Source: a virus | Lineage: Duplodnaviria; Caudoviricetes | DNA: 62,477 nucleotides | Direction: 5' to 3' (one strand) | Virus record (IMG/VR): IMGVR_UViG_3300045999_003247 | Span: 1 to 62,477 of that record | Part shown: positions 17,726-26,984 of the stretch, one piece after another | Position numbering within the stretch: position 1 is the first letter of the stretch | How the letters are laid out: each line of letters opens with the position of its first letter | Translations under genes and position numbers: made by a program | Notes under the pieces: model-generated | Told to the model about the DNA's origin: nothing | What the model saw: only the letters and a program-made list of their open reading frames with translations | Databases searched by the model: none

Positions 17726-18420
17726 TCCCCGTCCGCAAGAAGTACAAATATGAAACCTTGAAGCGGATGGACACGACCGAAGGGCGGTACTACGTGGACG
17801 AGGAGGGCTCTGCGCTGCCCTCCGTGACCACGATCCTGTCCGGTACGAAAGACAAAAGCAGCCTCGAAGCGTGGTCCGCGAGGATTGGTAAGGAAACCGC
17901 GGAGCGCATCAAAACCGACGCGGCCACCGTAGGCACGCACATGCACAACGTCATCGAGCGGATGGTGGCGTACAGGGATCTGCCGAAGCCCACAAACTGG
18001 CTCATGACCAAGGGCTATGAGATGGGCTACCGGCTGGTCAACACCTACTTCGAGAACCTGTCGGAGATTTGGGGGTCAGAGGTGCCGCTGTATTACCCGA
18101 ATAAGTATGCGGGGACCACGGACTTGGTGGGGATCTACCACGGCAACGAGTCGGTGATTGACTTCAAGCAGTCGCTGAAGCCGAAGCGCCATGAGTGGAT
18201 TGAAGACTACATGCACCAGCTTGCCGCGTATGCCCTTGCGCATGACGCGGTCCACGGTACGTCGATCACGCACGGCTACGTGCTGATCGCGCTTCAGAGT
18301 GGGGGTACGCAGGAGTTCAGTACCACCGGCTCTGAGTTTGCGGGTTACAAGGAGGCGTGGCTCAAGCGCGTGGAGGCGTTCAGGACGGCAATGCCGTCTG
18401 AAGCGCCGCCGCGCCCATGA
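17713..18420 (+). CDS. PD-(D/E)XK exonuclease (MGME1/RecB-like)
   Basis: LPSVTTIL, GT.MH, E, AGTTD, IDFK, QLAAYA. Confidence 0.85.
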   Translation: MVDLIPVRKKYKYETLKRMDTTEGRYYVDEEGSALPSVTTILSGTKDKSSLEAWSARIGKETAERIKTDAATVGTHMHNVIERMVAYRDLPKPTNWLMTKGYEMGYRLVNTYFENLSEIWGSEVPLYYPNKYAGTTDLVGIYHGNESVIDFKQSLKPKRHEWIEDYMHQLAAYALAHDAVHGTSITHGYVLIALQSGGTQEFSTTGSEFAGYKEAWLKRVEAFRTAMPSEAPPRP

Positions 18421-21400
18421 TCGCGTCGTTCGGGAAGAGCTGCTGAAGCATCAGCCGGCTGGTTGATGCTTGCGGCGCGCCACCCGGAGCAGGGGCCGGA
18501 GCAGCGCCACCGCCACCGCCCTGCATTGGAGCCATCCCCGGAACACCTCCGCGGGTTGACGGAGCGGTTGGAAGGGGTCTTGGATAGAGAACCTGTTCCC
18601 TTGTCCGTGCGGTTTCTTCGCTTTCCAGTAGACTGGTTGCAGGAGTGGTGAGGCGTATCGGAACAATGGCCCCCATCGAAGAAAGCATGTCGGCTACCTC
18701 GCGGTAGGCGTTCAGCTTTTCCTGCTGTGTCTTCCCACGTTGCAACATGAGTCGCATACGGTTAGGGTCCGCAGCAACTTCCTTCACCGTCGCCAGTGCG
18801 TTCATGCGCGGCAACTTGTTGAAAAGTTCCTGCGCGGTCTTCGCCAGCGCACCTGCCGCAGCAAGAGATCCCGGGCCTTCTGGTATGGCCCCAGACCCAA
18901 AATGCAGTGCGGCAAAACGAACTGCAAATTCGTCTATCGGTGACCCTACGCCCATTAACGAATTAAGTGCCTCACCGTTCTGGATTGCTTGCTGCGCGCG
19001 TGAGATAGGACGAATAAACCGGAGAATGTTTGCAACTTCTTCTCGGGTCATCAGACCCTGCGAACGGAGCATCTGAACAACCGACTGCTTTCCGGCTGAG
19101 ATGGGGGTGAACAGCTTGTCGCGGAATACTGCAGTGTTGAAACCGTTTGGACCACCAAGTGCTTGTTGGTATGCCCAGTCATACACCGCGCTTTTTAGGC
19201 CCCCAATCGCCAGTTCCGGATTATCCGAAGATCTTGCAACGTCAACCAGTCTTGAGAAGTCCCTGAACGGGTTCGGGTTGTTTTTTCGTAATGCACTGTC
19301 TACGGCAAGAATGGGCTTTTCACCCGCGGCAAGAACAGAAGTTAACGCCGCCGCTTTTTCCACCTCCTGAGCAGAGAGACTGTTTCGGTCCCGAACGGTG
19401 TTAAGCGCATTCTGGGCTTCTACTGCGTTAGTGAGATCGTTGCGAAGTTCTGGGAACTCGTTCAGCGCAGGATTCCTCGCGGCCCATGCGTTAATCTCGT
19501 TGATCTTAACTTCGCCGGTCGTCGGATTCACAAACCGCGGATCGGTAAGTATGCCTCTAAGGATTTTGTGAGTGGCATCCGTAACAGAAAGAACACGGTC
19601 TGCCGAGGCCTGTGCGAGGTCCGCGGACCTTACTTCAAACCTCGGATCTCCTACTAGCACGTCAGGAGCGCCGCTGAATTCCCTTGAAAAAAGTCCTACG
19701 GCGTCTTTGACGTCTTCAAAACGGGATGCGACGATGTCAGGACTGCCTCTTACCATGGATGCAACGGCAATCTCTGGAGAAAGGGCATCCTTGCCTGTCT
19801 TATCAGCAGCAGTCAGTGTGCGAGCGTAGCTGCGCTTGAAGTTGTCGTTCAGCGCCCTAGAAAACATCCGTGCCGTGTCATACGCGTCTGTGTTTATTTG
19901 GTCAAAATCGGACAGAATTGAGTTAGCTATTCTGCCGAACATCCTAGCGTCAGTGGCCGATGTTTGTGCTGTCCCTGCCGCGCTATCCCTTGCGTTGTCC
20001 AAAAACTTGGTGCGGATGTTGTATAGATCGGAGATATTTACAGGCTTTCCAAGAGGCAGATAGGTAACATCCCCTGTTTGCGGGTCTATCACCCTTCCAC
20101 TGCTTAGGTACTCCTCTGGTACAACCCCAGTTCTAACGCGTTCGGCGGAGTTCTGTCCTTGTCGATACAGGTCTACTGCAAAATCATTGATCCCAAGCTC
20201 ACCGAGTTGTTTTTGCATCCAAGACGGGAGGTCGCCTATGTCTTTGGTTGTTAGTTCTTCCAACACAGAAATAAGCGTGTTTCGCGGTACTACAGTCTTG
20301 GGGACTGCAGTCTCAAGCCTTCCCCCTGCCGATGGAGCAGTCGGAACGCGTTTCCCTGTTGCAAGTTCCCGTGTAAGTTGTCCGATATCAATCGGCTCTA
20401 GGTCAAAGGACTGACGATATGCGATTTCGTACAGTGCCCGTTCATATCTACGAAGGTCGGAAAGGGCCGCAAATGCGTTGGTCTTTAACGTTTCACCGAT
20501 GTCTGCCCTAGAGCCCGCCTGCCCTGCTATAAACGCAGATATAGACTGCTCTTGTGCCTCTGCAGTACGGCCTTTACCCGTGGCCAGCCGTGCTACTGCA
20601 TCCGCAACATTTCTTTCTGCTTGACCAATCCTAGCTTGGATCATGTCATCGAACAGGACCTGTTGCAGCTTCGCGGCTTCTGTCAAAAGTGCGGGATCTC
20701 CCGTTTCTTTTAGCCGAGAGATGAGGAGCTTAGATGCGGCGATCGCGTCTTGCCCCTGCCTTTGCACCTGCGCGCCATATGCAGAGTCGCCACGAACAAG
20801 TGTGTTCTCAAGAATCGCAAGAACAGAGTCCCCAGTAGCCTGCGCTGCGGTCGGAGAAGCCCCTGTTGGAGGAACCTGCGAGAGCGAACGAATCGTATTC
20901 CTGTACCAACGGTCCCTCAAAAGAGTTGCAGCTCTGGCGGCCTCCTTGTCTCCGTTAGCCGCCATCTCTTCCAACGTGCGGATCTGCGGTGTTTGAGACA
21001 AGATCGTATCAAGTGTCTGAAACAGCTCTCGTGCAGCACGTTCTTCCGTGCGCCCGCCCTTGAACTGTTGAATCAGATTGGTGACCGTGTTTTTGGCAGA
21101 ATTCAAGCCGTAGAGCAGCATTGATCCGGGTAAAAACCCGGCACCTAATTCTGCAGCAAAACGAGTGCGAGCATCCCCGGGGTCATACGCTTCTGCTACC
21201 CCACCAGCGGTGCCGATAACTCCAGCCGAAAGTGCTTCTGATGGGTAAAACACCCGTGGCGCCTGTCTGGCCGTTTGTCCTCCGGTGCGAAGAGCCCCGT
21301 AGACCATGTTCATGATGCGCCCACCGACGCGCTCGGGAATATCCTTCAGGAATCGTATTGCGGCTGACCCACCCAAGACGCCGCCCATGGTTTCGCCTGC

Positions 21401-21904
21401 CACACGGTACGGCATTGCCGCTTGCGAACTTACTGGAAGCGATTCTCCGACAAGATCAGACAGCGGGTCTGACGCGAGGTAAGCAACAGTTCCTGCCGTA
21501 CCCGCGGCAATGAAGGGAAGCAGTTTTGCTCCGGGAATAGGTATGTTTGCAAAAGGTGCGGTAGCGCTAAATGCCCGTGCAGCCGCAATGCTGGTTGGAG
21601 CAGCCTGTACAAGTTCTTCCGCAGCGCCAAATGCCACCTGTGCGGCGGCTTCGTTAGGCGTTACTTGTGGGACGATGCCGGGAAATTGTCGTTCTAACTC
21701 GCTGAAGTTTGACGTCTTTCGGGCTGCGTCTGATGCTTGTTGCTTTGAAAGCACAAACAGCCCAGATGGGCCCATTCCCATTGTGGCGAGGTACTGCCCC
21801 TGCCAGCCTGACGCAGGCGGTGTTGTTTCTGGCGTGGGCGGTACTTCCCCGTCAAAACGCATTCCGGGGAACTGTTCCTTAGCTCTGTTAGTAAAGTCGC
21901 TCAC
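18380..21904 (-). CDS. Large internal virion / ejection protein (1174 aa)
   Basis: Last gene of the four-gene internal-protein block; helical, with Gly/Ala hydrophobic segments. Confidence 0.6.
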   Translation of the reverse strand: MSDFTNRAKEQFPGMRFDGEVPPTPETTPPASGWQGQYLATMGMGPSGLFVLSKQQASDAARKTSNFSELERQFPGIVPQVTPNEAAAQVAFGAAEELVQAAPTSIAAARAFSATAPFANIPIPGAKLLPFIAAGTAGTVAYLASDPLSDLVGESLPVSSQAAMPYRVAGETMGGVLGGSAAIRFLKDIPERVGGRIMNMVYGALRTGGQTARQAPRVFYPSEALSAGVIGTAGGVAEAYDPGDARTRFAAELGAGFLPGSMLLYGLNSAKNTVTNLIQQFKGGRTEERAARELFQTLDTILSQTPQIRTLEEMAANGDKEAARAATLLRDRWYRNTIRSLSQVPPTGASPTAAQATGDSVLAILENTLVRGDSAYGAQVQRQGQDAIAASKLLISRLKETGDPALLTEAAKLQQVLFDDMIQARIGQAERNVADAVARLATGKGRTAEAQEQSISAFIAGQAGSRADIGETLKTNAFAALSDLRRYERALYEIAYRQSFDLEPIDIGQLTRELATGKRVPTAPSAGGRLETAVPKTVVPRNTLISVLEELTTKDIGDLPSWMQKQLGELGINDFAVDLYRQGQNSAERVRTGVVPEEYLSSGRVIDPQTGDVTYLPLGKPVNISDLYNIRTKFLDNARDSAAGTAQTSATDARMFGRIANSILSDFDQINTDAYDTARMFSRALNDNFKRSYARTLTAADKTGKDALSPEIAVASMVRGSPDIVASRFEDVKDAVGLFSREFSGAPDVLVGDPRFEVRSADLAQASADRVLSVTDATHKILRGILTDPRFVNPTTGEVKINEINAWAARNPALNEFPELRNDLTNAVEAQNALNTVRDRNSLSAQEVEKAAALTSVLAAGEKPILAVDSALRKNNPNPFRDFSRLVDVARSSDNPELAIGGLKSAVYDWAYQQALGGPNGFNTAVFRDKLFTPISAGKQSVVQMLRSQGLMTREEVANILRFIRPISRAQQAIQNGEALNSLMGVGSPIDEFAVRFAALHFGSGAIPEGPGSLAAAGALAKTAQELFNKLPRMNALATVKEVAADPNRMRLMLQRGKTQQEKLNAYREVADMLSSMGAIVPIRLTTPATSLLESEETARTREQVLYPRPLPTAPSTRGGVPGMAPMQGGGGGAAPAPAPGGAPQASTSRLMLQQLFPNDAIMGAAALQTALPS

Positions 21905-21917
21905 GCGAGCCCCTCTG

Positions 21918-23936
21918 TTATGGCTGTGCCAACGCGGGTTTGACCTGTGGGGTCAAATTACCCTCTTGATCCATGAGCAAAAACACCGTTCCGGAAGGAG
22001 CACTTGCCCACTTTCCCTGACTTTGTGGGTCATTCAAGAACAGCCGTCTGTTTTGAACCCCAATTACCTCTCGTGCCCTTTGCAGTTTTGACAATCTAAG
22101 TTTAGCGAGATTCCGGTCTTTTCTGGCTAGATCAGTGTTTTCGGCTTCATCCGCTGCCGCTCCCTGTAACGACTCTATCGCACGGTCTACCCCGTCTAAC
22201 GCGGCGTAGTACGAAGGCGTGTTAGAAAACAAACGCTGGTCAATAGAGGACAGTCGATCTCGTATGCCCTCAAACTCACGCACAGAGTAATCAGCTTTTC
22301 CAGTAAAGATACCCGTTAGTTGCTGGACCATGAGTGGAAGCGTTTGCGTTGCAGATTGTAGGTCAGGGCGGATCGTTCCTGCGACATCTGCTGGAATGTT
22401 TCTTACAACACCGGAAAGCGCCGTTGGAACGAAACCGGTTCCCTTTTCTGCAAGACTCAGTAGGGTAGCGGGTTCAGAACTTTCCACCCTGTTTACCGTA
22501 TCTACACTTGGAGGGACCTGAAACGCGTCTAGTGGTACAGTTCCTTGGGGCACTGCCTCCGGCGGAGCCGCAGTTGCCGCCGATGCTCCTTGGGCCCGAG
22601 CGGACATCGCGTCTTTCAACATCGGCAGATTTTCTGCCATGCCCGGTATGGTTACAGTATCCCCATTTTCATCTATGGTCGTTACGGGCTTGCTCAAAAG
22701 AGCATTTGCCGCCTGCACCAGAGCAGTCTCGTCTTCAGTAGTCTCGCCGCGCGCGTACCTATTGAGAAGTTCGGAGTTTGTGACAGTGTCATATGCCCAA
22801 CGCGGGCCTAAGCCCCCGCCGTACTTACTACCCGCTGCTATATTCGCCGCATCTATCCGCGTTCTTGCGGCCAAATCAGCGCGTTCATTCGCGCCTTGCT
22901 CTCGAACGGCAGCCATAAGGATATCGGTCTGCTCTGATTGGAGCCGTGCGTTGTAGTCACGGATCTCGTTTTGCTCTTTCTCGCTTGCTTCAAGCGCATA
23001 CAGAGAAAGCTGCCGACGGGTGTCTTGGATGTCCGATACGCGCTTCTGGATAGCTGCAGGAAGCGCACTGAACGCTGCTGCAAAACGACCTAAGCCGTCG
23101 CCAGATAGCGCTTCTCCGCCCGGGCCGCGGTTCGCGGCGTACCCAAGTGCTGCACCTGCAATGTCGAACAGGATGTTTGCCTTGGCGGACTGCTGGCTGG
23201 GCGCAAGGCCAAGCTCTTCATACTGCGCCATGCGCCTTTGCATCGCGTCGCCAATGGAAATCTCTGCTTTTGGCTTCCCGAGGTTAGTCAAAAGATCCTC
23301 AAACGGAGAAGAAGGCATTTGAGTTGCAGACGGGGTCACGCCTTCTTCATCTGACCCGTCTCTAAAACGTTGTACGAAGCCTCCATCCCGCATTTGGATC
23401 GGCGGCATACCTTCCGGCGGAATCGGCTGGCCATTCGGCCCCATCATCGCGCCACCGGGTGCCATACCGCCCCCGGGGGCTGGGGTAGCAGCAGCGAGCA
23501 GCGCTGCCATGTCACCGCCCGAGGGGGCAGGCGGGGCCGGTTGTGGCGGCATCCCCATCTCACCCCCGGGGGGCGGCGGCATCGGGGCCTGCGGTCCCTG
23601 AGCCATGGGCCCTGATTGGGGGAGCGCCCCAAGTCCAGCACCCTGCGCGAGGACCGGCTGCAGCATTGCGAGCACCGAGTCCGGCGTCTCTGCAGCGGCC
23701 TTGTACCCTACGAGGTCAGCAAGCTCTTCGCGGCGCGCGTCAACTGAGCGCATGTCGCCACGGAGGTTGTTCATGAGGATTTCTGGGGAATCCGGTTTCC
23801 GGTCGAGCATGCGAGCGGAGGAACCCTCGTCAGAGTCTTCCTCTTCTTCCATCTCATCTTCGTCTTCTCGGGCTTTGTCGAGAAAGCCCTGCATGATTCC
23901 GACGTTTTCAACGTCGTCCATCATCTTGCCTCTCAT
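21918..23936 (-). CDS. Putative internal virion / ejection protein (672 aa)
   Basis: Position; Pro/Met-rich linker; MRDGGFV motif. Confidence 0.55.
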   Translation of the reverse strand: MRGKMMDDVENVGIMQGFLDKAREDEDEMEEEEDSDEGSSARMLDRKPDSPEILMNNLRGDMRSVDARREELADLVGYKAAAETPDSVLAMLQPVLAQGAGLGALPQSGPMAQGPQAPMPPPPGGEMGMPPQPAPPAPSGGDMAALLAAATPAPGGGMAPGGAMMGPNGQPIPPEGMPPIQMRDGGFVQRFRDGSDEEGVTPSATQMPSSPFEDLLTNLGKPKAEISIGDAMQRRMAQYEELGLAPSQQSAKANILFDIAGAALGYAANRGPGGEALSGDGLGRFAAAFSALPAAIQKRVSDIQDTRRQLSLYALEASEKEQNEIRDYNARLQSEQTDILMAAVREQGANERADLAARTRIDAANIAAGSKYGGGLGPRWAYDTVTNSELLNRYARGETTEDETALVQAANALLSKPVTTIDENGDTVTIPGMAENLPMLKDAMSARAQGASAATAAPPEAVPQGTVPLDAFQVPPSVDTVNRVESSEPATLLSLAEKGTGFVPTALSGVVRNIPADVAGTIRPDLQSATQTLPLMVQQLTGIFTGKADYSVREFEGIRDRLSSIDQRLFSNTPSYYAALDGVDRAIESLQGAAADEAENTDLARKDRNLAKLRLSKLQRAREVIGVQNRRLFLNDPQSQGKWASAPSGTVFLLMDQEGNLTPQVKPALAQP

Positions 23937-23957
23937 TCGATGTTTTCTCGCTTCTCG

Positions 23958-26957
23958 TTAAATTCCGGCGGCTTTCGCGCCAGCATACGCCGTCAGTCCG
24001 GCCAATCCGATACCCGCCGCCTGCTGGAAGGGGCTGGGGCCTGCCTGACTTGCGGCTGCGGTGGACATCTGCGTGGACGGCGCGCCGCGGTAGATGTCGG
24101 ACAGGAACGATGCCTGCTGGTACGGAGCGTACAGCCGCTGCAGTTGCGTGGCGCGTGTTGCGTCGAGCGTCTGCTGGTTGTACGCCTGCTGCGCTTGGCC
24201 GACGTTGTAGAGCATGTTGATGTCGGCCTGTTGCATGCCCTGTGCTGCCTGACCGACGCCCAGTTGCTGCAGTCCCATCTGGCCGTACTGCTGCCCCAAC
24301 GCACCAAGGCCCTGCGACATCTGCTGGCCAATCCCGAACTGCTGTCCTGCCAGTGCACCGATGCCTTGACCGATGTTCTGGAACTGGCCGGCCTGCTGGC
24401 CGTAGATCGCGGCCAGTGCTTGCGCAGCGTCCGTTCTCTGGCCTGCTTGCTGTGCGAGCAGGTTGGCGATGTTCTGCTGGATGCCTGACTCTTGCCCCGC
24501 GACCGCCGCCTGCTGTGCGGCGAGATTGCCATACCCTTGCGCGGCTTGCTGGTAGATGTTCGCGGCGCTTTGGCCCAGTTGAGCCTGCTGCACGCCCAGT
24601 TGCCCGAGCCCTTGGCCGGCGGCAACGACGTTCTGTGCAAGGTTCCCGTAGAGGCCTGCGGCACCTTGGCCGAGCTGTGCCTGCTGAACCGCTTGCTGGC
24701 CGGCCACTTGGCCGATGTTCGCGAGCTGTGCTGCGGCGGCCTGTTCGGCTGCTGCGCGCTGCGATTCCATCGAGCCGAGCGTCTGACCTGCCTGTACGCC
24801 GAGTGCGCCCTGCTGTGCTGCGAGCTGGGCGGCCTGTTGGCCAAGCTGTCCTTGCTGTACGCCGGCTCCAATCGCACCGGTGCCCGCGCCCTGCAGCATC
24901 TGTGCTGCTTGCTGGCCGAGCTGTGCCTGCTGCGTCCCTGCGCCAATCTGGCCAATGCCGACCTGCCGAAGCATGTCTGCGGCCTGCTGACGCATCTGCG
25001 CTTGCGTAAGGCCGTATTGCCCTTGCAGGGCTTGGTTGGCGAGTGCCGCCTGCTGCGCGAACTGTGCGTTCTGCTGCGAGGAGGTCAGACCTGCTTGTTG
25101 GTTGGCCAGTGCGGCCTGAAGTGCCGCTTGCTGGTTCATGCCCTGCGCCTGCAAGCGGTTCGCTTCGTTCTGTACGTTCGCCTGCTGCTGGGAGGACATG
25201 TTTGCCAGCGCCGTTTGCAGGTTCGACTGCACGCCAAGCTGTTGTACGCCAAGCTGCGACGCAAGGTTCTGCTGTCCAACAGTAAGGCCGGCTTGCTGGT
25301 TCGCTAGAGCGGCTTGCATTGCCTGCTCCGCAGACATGCCTTGTGCCTGCAGTTGCGCAGCTTGGTTCTGCACGTTGGCCTGCTGTAAGGACGACAGGTT
25401 CGCCAGTGCTGTCTGAAGGCCCGTCTGCGTGCCCAACTGCTGGACACCCAACTGCGAGGCAAGGTTCTGCTGGCCTACCGTGAGGCCTGCCTGCTGGTTT
25501 GCCTGTTGCGCCGCAAGACCGGCTTGCTGCTCTACGTTGAACTGCTGCTGCGCTTGGCCGTAGGCTTCTTGCAGCCCTCTGGCACGTATATCTGCCTGCA
25601 GTTGTGAAAGGTTTCGAGCGGCTTCCGCTTCTACAACGCCTTCTCGCTCGCCGCCGAATGCGCCTGTCCTGACCGCCTGTGCGGCCCGCGCTTGCCGTGC
25701 AATCTCGTCAGCGCGCTGCGCCTCTCGGACCTGCGTGTTGACGACTTCCTGCATGTACGGAGACATGTACTGCTGGATAGCGCCCGGAGCGGTAATGGTG
25801 CCCGTCGAAACGCGTTCTGCCGGACCCATTTGATAGGTCTGCAGGTCGGGTCGGAACCCTGTCTGTGCTGCCGCCATTTGCGGGGTGATGATTTCACGCC
25901 CAGATACCCGCTCCGCAGCGCCCATTTGATAGGCCTGCAAGCCGGTAGGCGCTGCGGCTTGCGCGGCTTGGATAGTGCCTGTGCCAACCTGCTGTGCCCC
26001 GACCATGGGCGCCGCGCCCATTTGAGCGGCCTGTGCCGTGGGCGCTGCTCCGAAGTTCGCGGCCTGTGCTGCCTGCTGCGCGGCAAGCTGCTGTGTGGCA
26101 ATACCCTGCGCGAACTCAGGACGCATAGCGGCTTCTTGTGCCTGCTGTGCGCCTTGGAACAGTGCGCCGATACCCTGCTGGATGGCAGGCTGTCCCGCTG
26201 CCTGCTGTGCCGCCAGAGCGGCTTGTTGGCCTGTGGTCAGGCCCTGTGCAATCGCCTGCTGTGCGCCGCCAAGTTGCGGTACGCCTTGTTGCGCTGCGGC
26301 ACGAAGTCCTGCCGCTTGAAGCATCTGCTGCGAGCCGGTGAAGTCCGCCCCAGCCGCCTGCGCGGCCATGCGCTGGGCGTCGGACAGTCCGAGAATGCCT
26401 TGCCCCATGGTCGTAGTGGCTGGCTGCAGGTCCGCTTGGGACGAGCGTGCCGCCATGTTCTGTGCGGTCGCAAGCGCGTTAACGCCCGTTCCAATGTCTT
26501 GATAGGAACCGGTGAGTCGATTCGTAACGTCAGCTGCCAGCGCTCGCTGGCCTGCAAGGTCAAGGTAGCCAAGACCGGTGTTGATTTGCCCTACACCGCC
26601 GGCCATCCCCGCTGCCGCAGCACCGGCCTGCCCCATCGCGCTCTGTGCGCCAGCAAACTGCTGTCGAGTATCCGCCGCACGCAGGAGGTCTGCCGCTTCC
26701 TTTGTAGTACCCATGCCCCCAGCAAGCGCTTCGTTGGCAGAGGTGACATAGGGCATATACGCGCCAACGCCCTGCTGCTCTGCCGCACGCATCGCGGCGA
26801 CTTGAGCAGGGGAGAACCCGGCGACCTGATACCCGGGGAGCTGATCTGCAAATCCCGGTTGAAAGGCCAGATTTCGAGCTTGCTGCAGAAGCTGCAGCTT
26901 ATACGCCTCGATCTCCGGCGCTTCACGTATGATTTGCTGTTGTACGGCGTCTGCCAT
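23958..26957 (-). CDS. Gln/Ala/Gly-rich DNA-transfer (pilot-like) protein (999 aa)
   Basis: Q/A/G-rich 11-mer and 18-mer periodicity; YMSPY..V and GAFGG.R motifs; hydrophobic C-terminus. Confidence 0.6.
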   Translation of the reverse strand: MADAVQQQIIREAPEIEAYKLQLLQQARNLAFQPGFADQLPGYQVAGFSPAQVAAMRAAEQQGVGAYMPYVTSANEALAGGMGTTKEAADLLRAADTRQQFAGAQSAMGQAGAAAAGMAGGVGQINTGLGYLDLAGQRALAADVTNRLTGSYQDIGTGVNALATAQNMAARSSQADLQPATTTMGQGILGLSDAQRMAAQAAGADFTGSQQMLQAAGLRAAAQQGVPQLGGAQQAIAQGLTTGQQAALAAQQAAGQPAIQQGIGALFQGAQQAQEAAMRPEFAQGIATQQLAAQQAAQAANFGAAPTAQAAQMGAAPMVGAQQVGTGTIQAAQAAAPTGLQAYQMGAAERVSGREIITPQMAAAQTGFRPDLQTYQMGPAERVSTGTITAPGAIQQYMSPYMQEVVNTQVREAQRADEIARQARAAQAVRTGAFGGEREGVVEAEAARNLSQLQADIRARGLQEAYGQAQQQFNVEQQAGLAAQQANQQAGLTVGQQNLASQLGVQQLGTQTGLQTALANLSSLQQANVQNQAAQLQAQGMSAEQAMQAALANQQAGLTVGQQNLASQLGVQQLGVQSNLQTALANMSSQQQANVQNEANRLQAQGMNQQAALQAALANQQAGLTSSQQNAQFAQQAALANQALQGQYGLTQAQMRQQAADMLRQVGIGQIGAGTQQAQLGQQAAQMLQGAGTGAIGAGVQQGQLGQQAAQLAAQQGALGVQAGQTLGSMESQRAAAEQAAAAQLANIGQVAGQQAVQQAQLGQGAAGLYGNLAQNVVAAGQGLGQLGVQQAQLGQSAANIYQQAAQGYGNLAAQQAAVAGQESGIQQNIANLLAQQAGQRTDAAQALAAIYGQQAGQFQNIGQGIGALAGQQFGIGQQMSQGLGALGQQYGQMGLQQLGVGQAAQGMQQADINMLYNVGQAQQAYNQQTLDATRATQLQRLYAPYQQASFLSDIYRGAPSTQMSTAAASQAGPSPFQQAAGIGLAGLTAYAGAKAAGI

Positions 26958-26984
26958 GTTATTTTCCGCTAGTTAGCCCGTAGG

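Noticed and set aside
17713-18420. Exonuclease as CRISPR Cas4
   Set aside because: Lacks the four-Cys Fe-S motif and any CRISPR context
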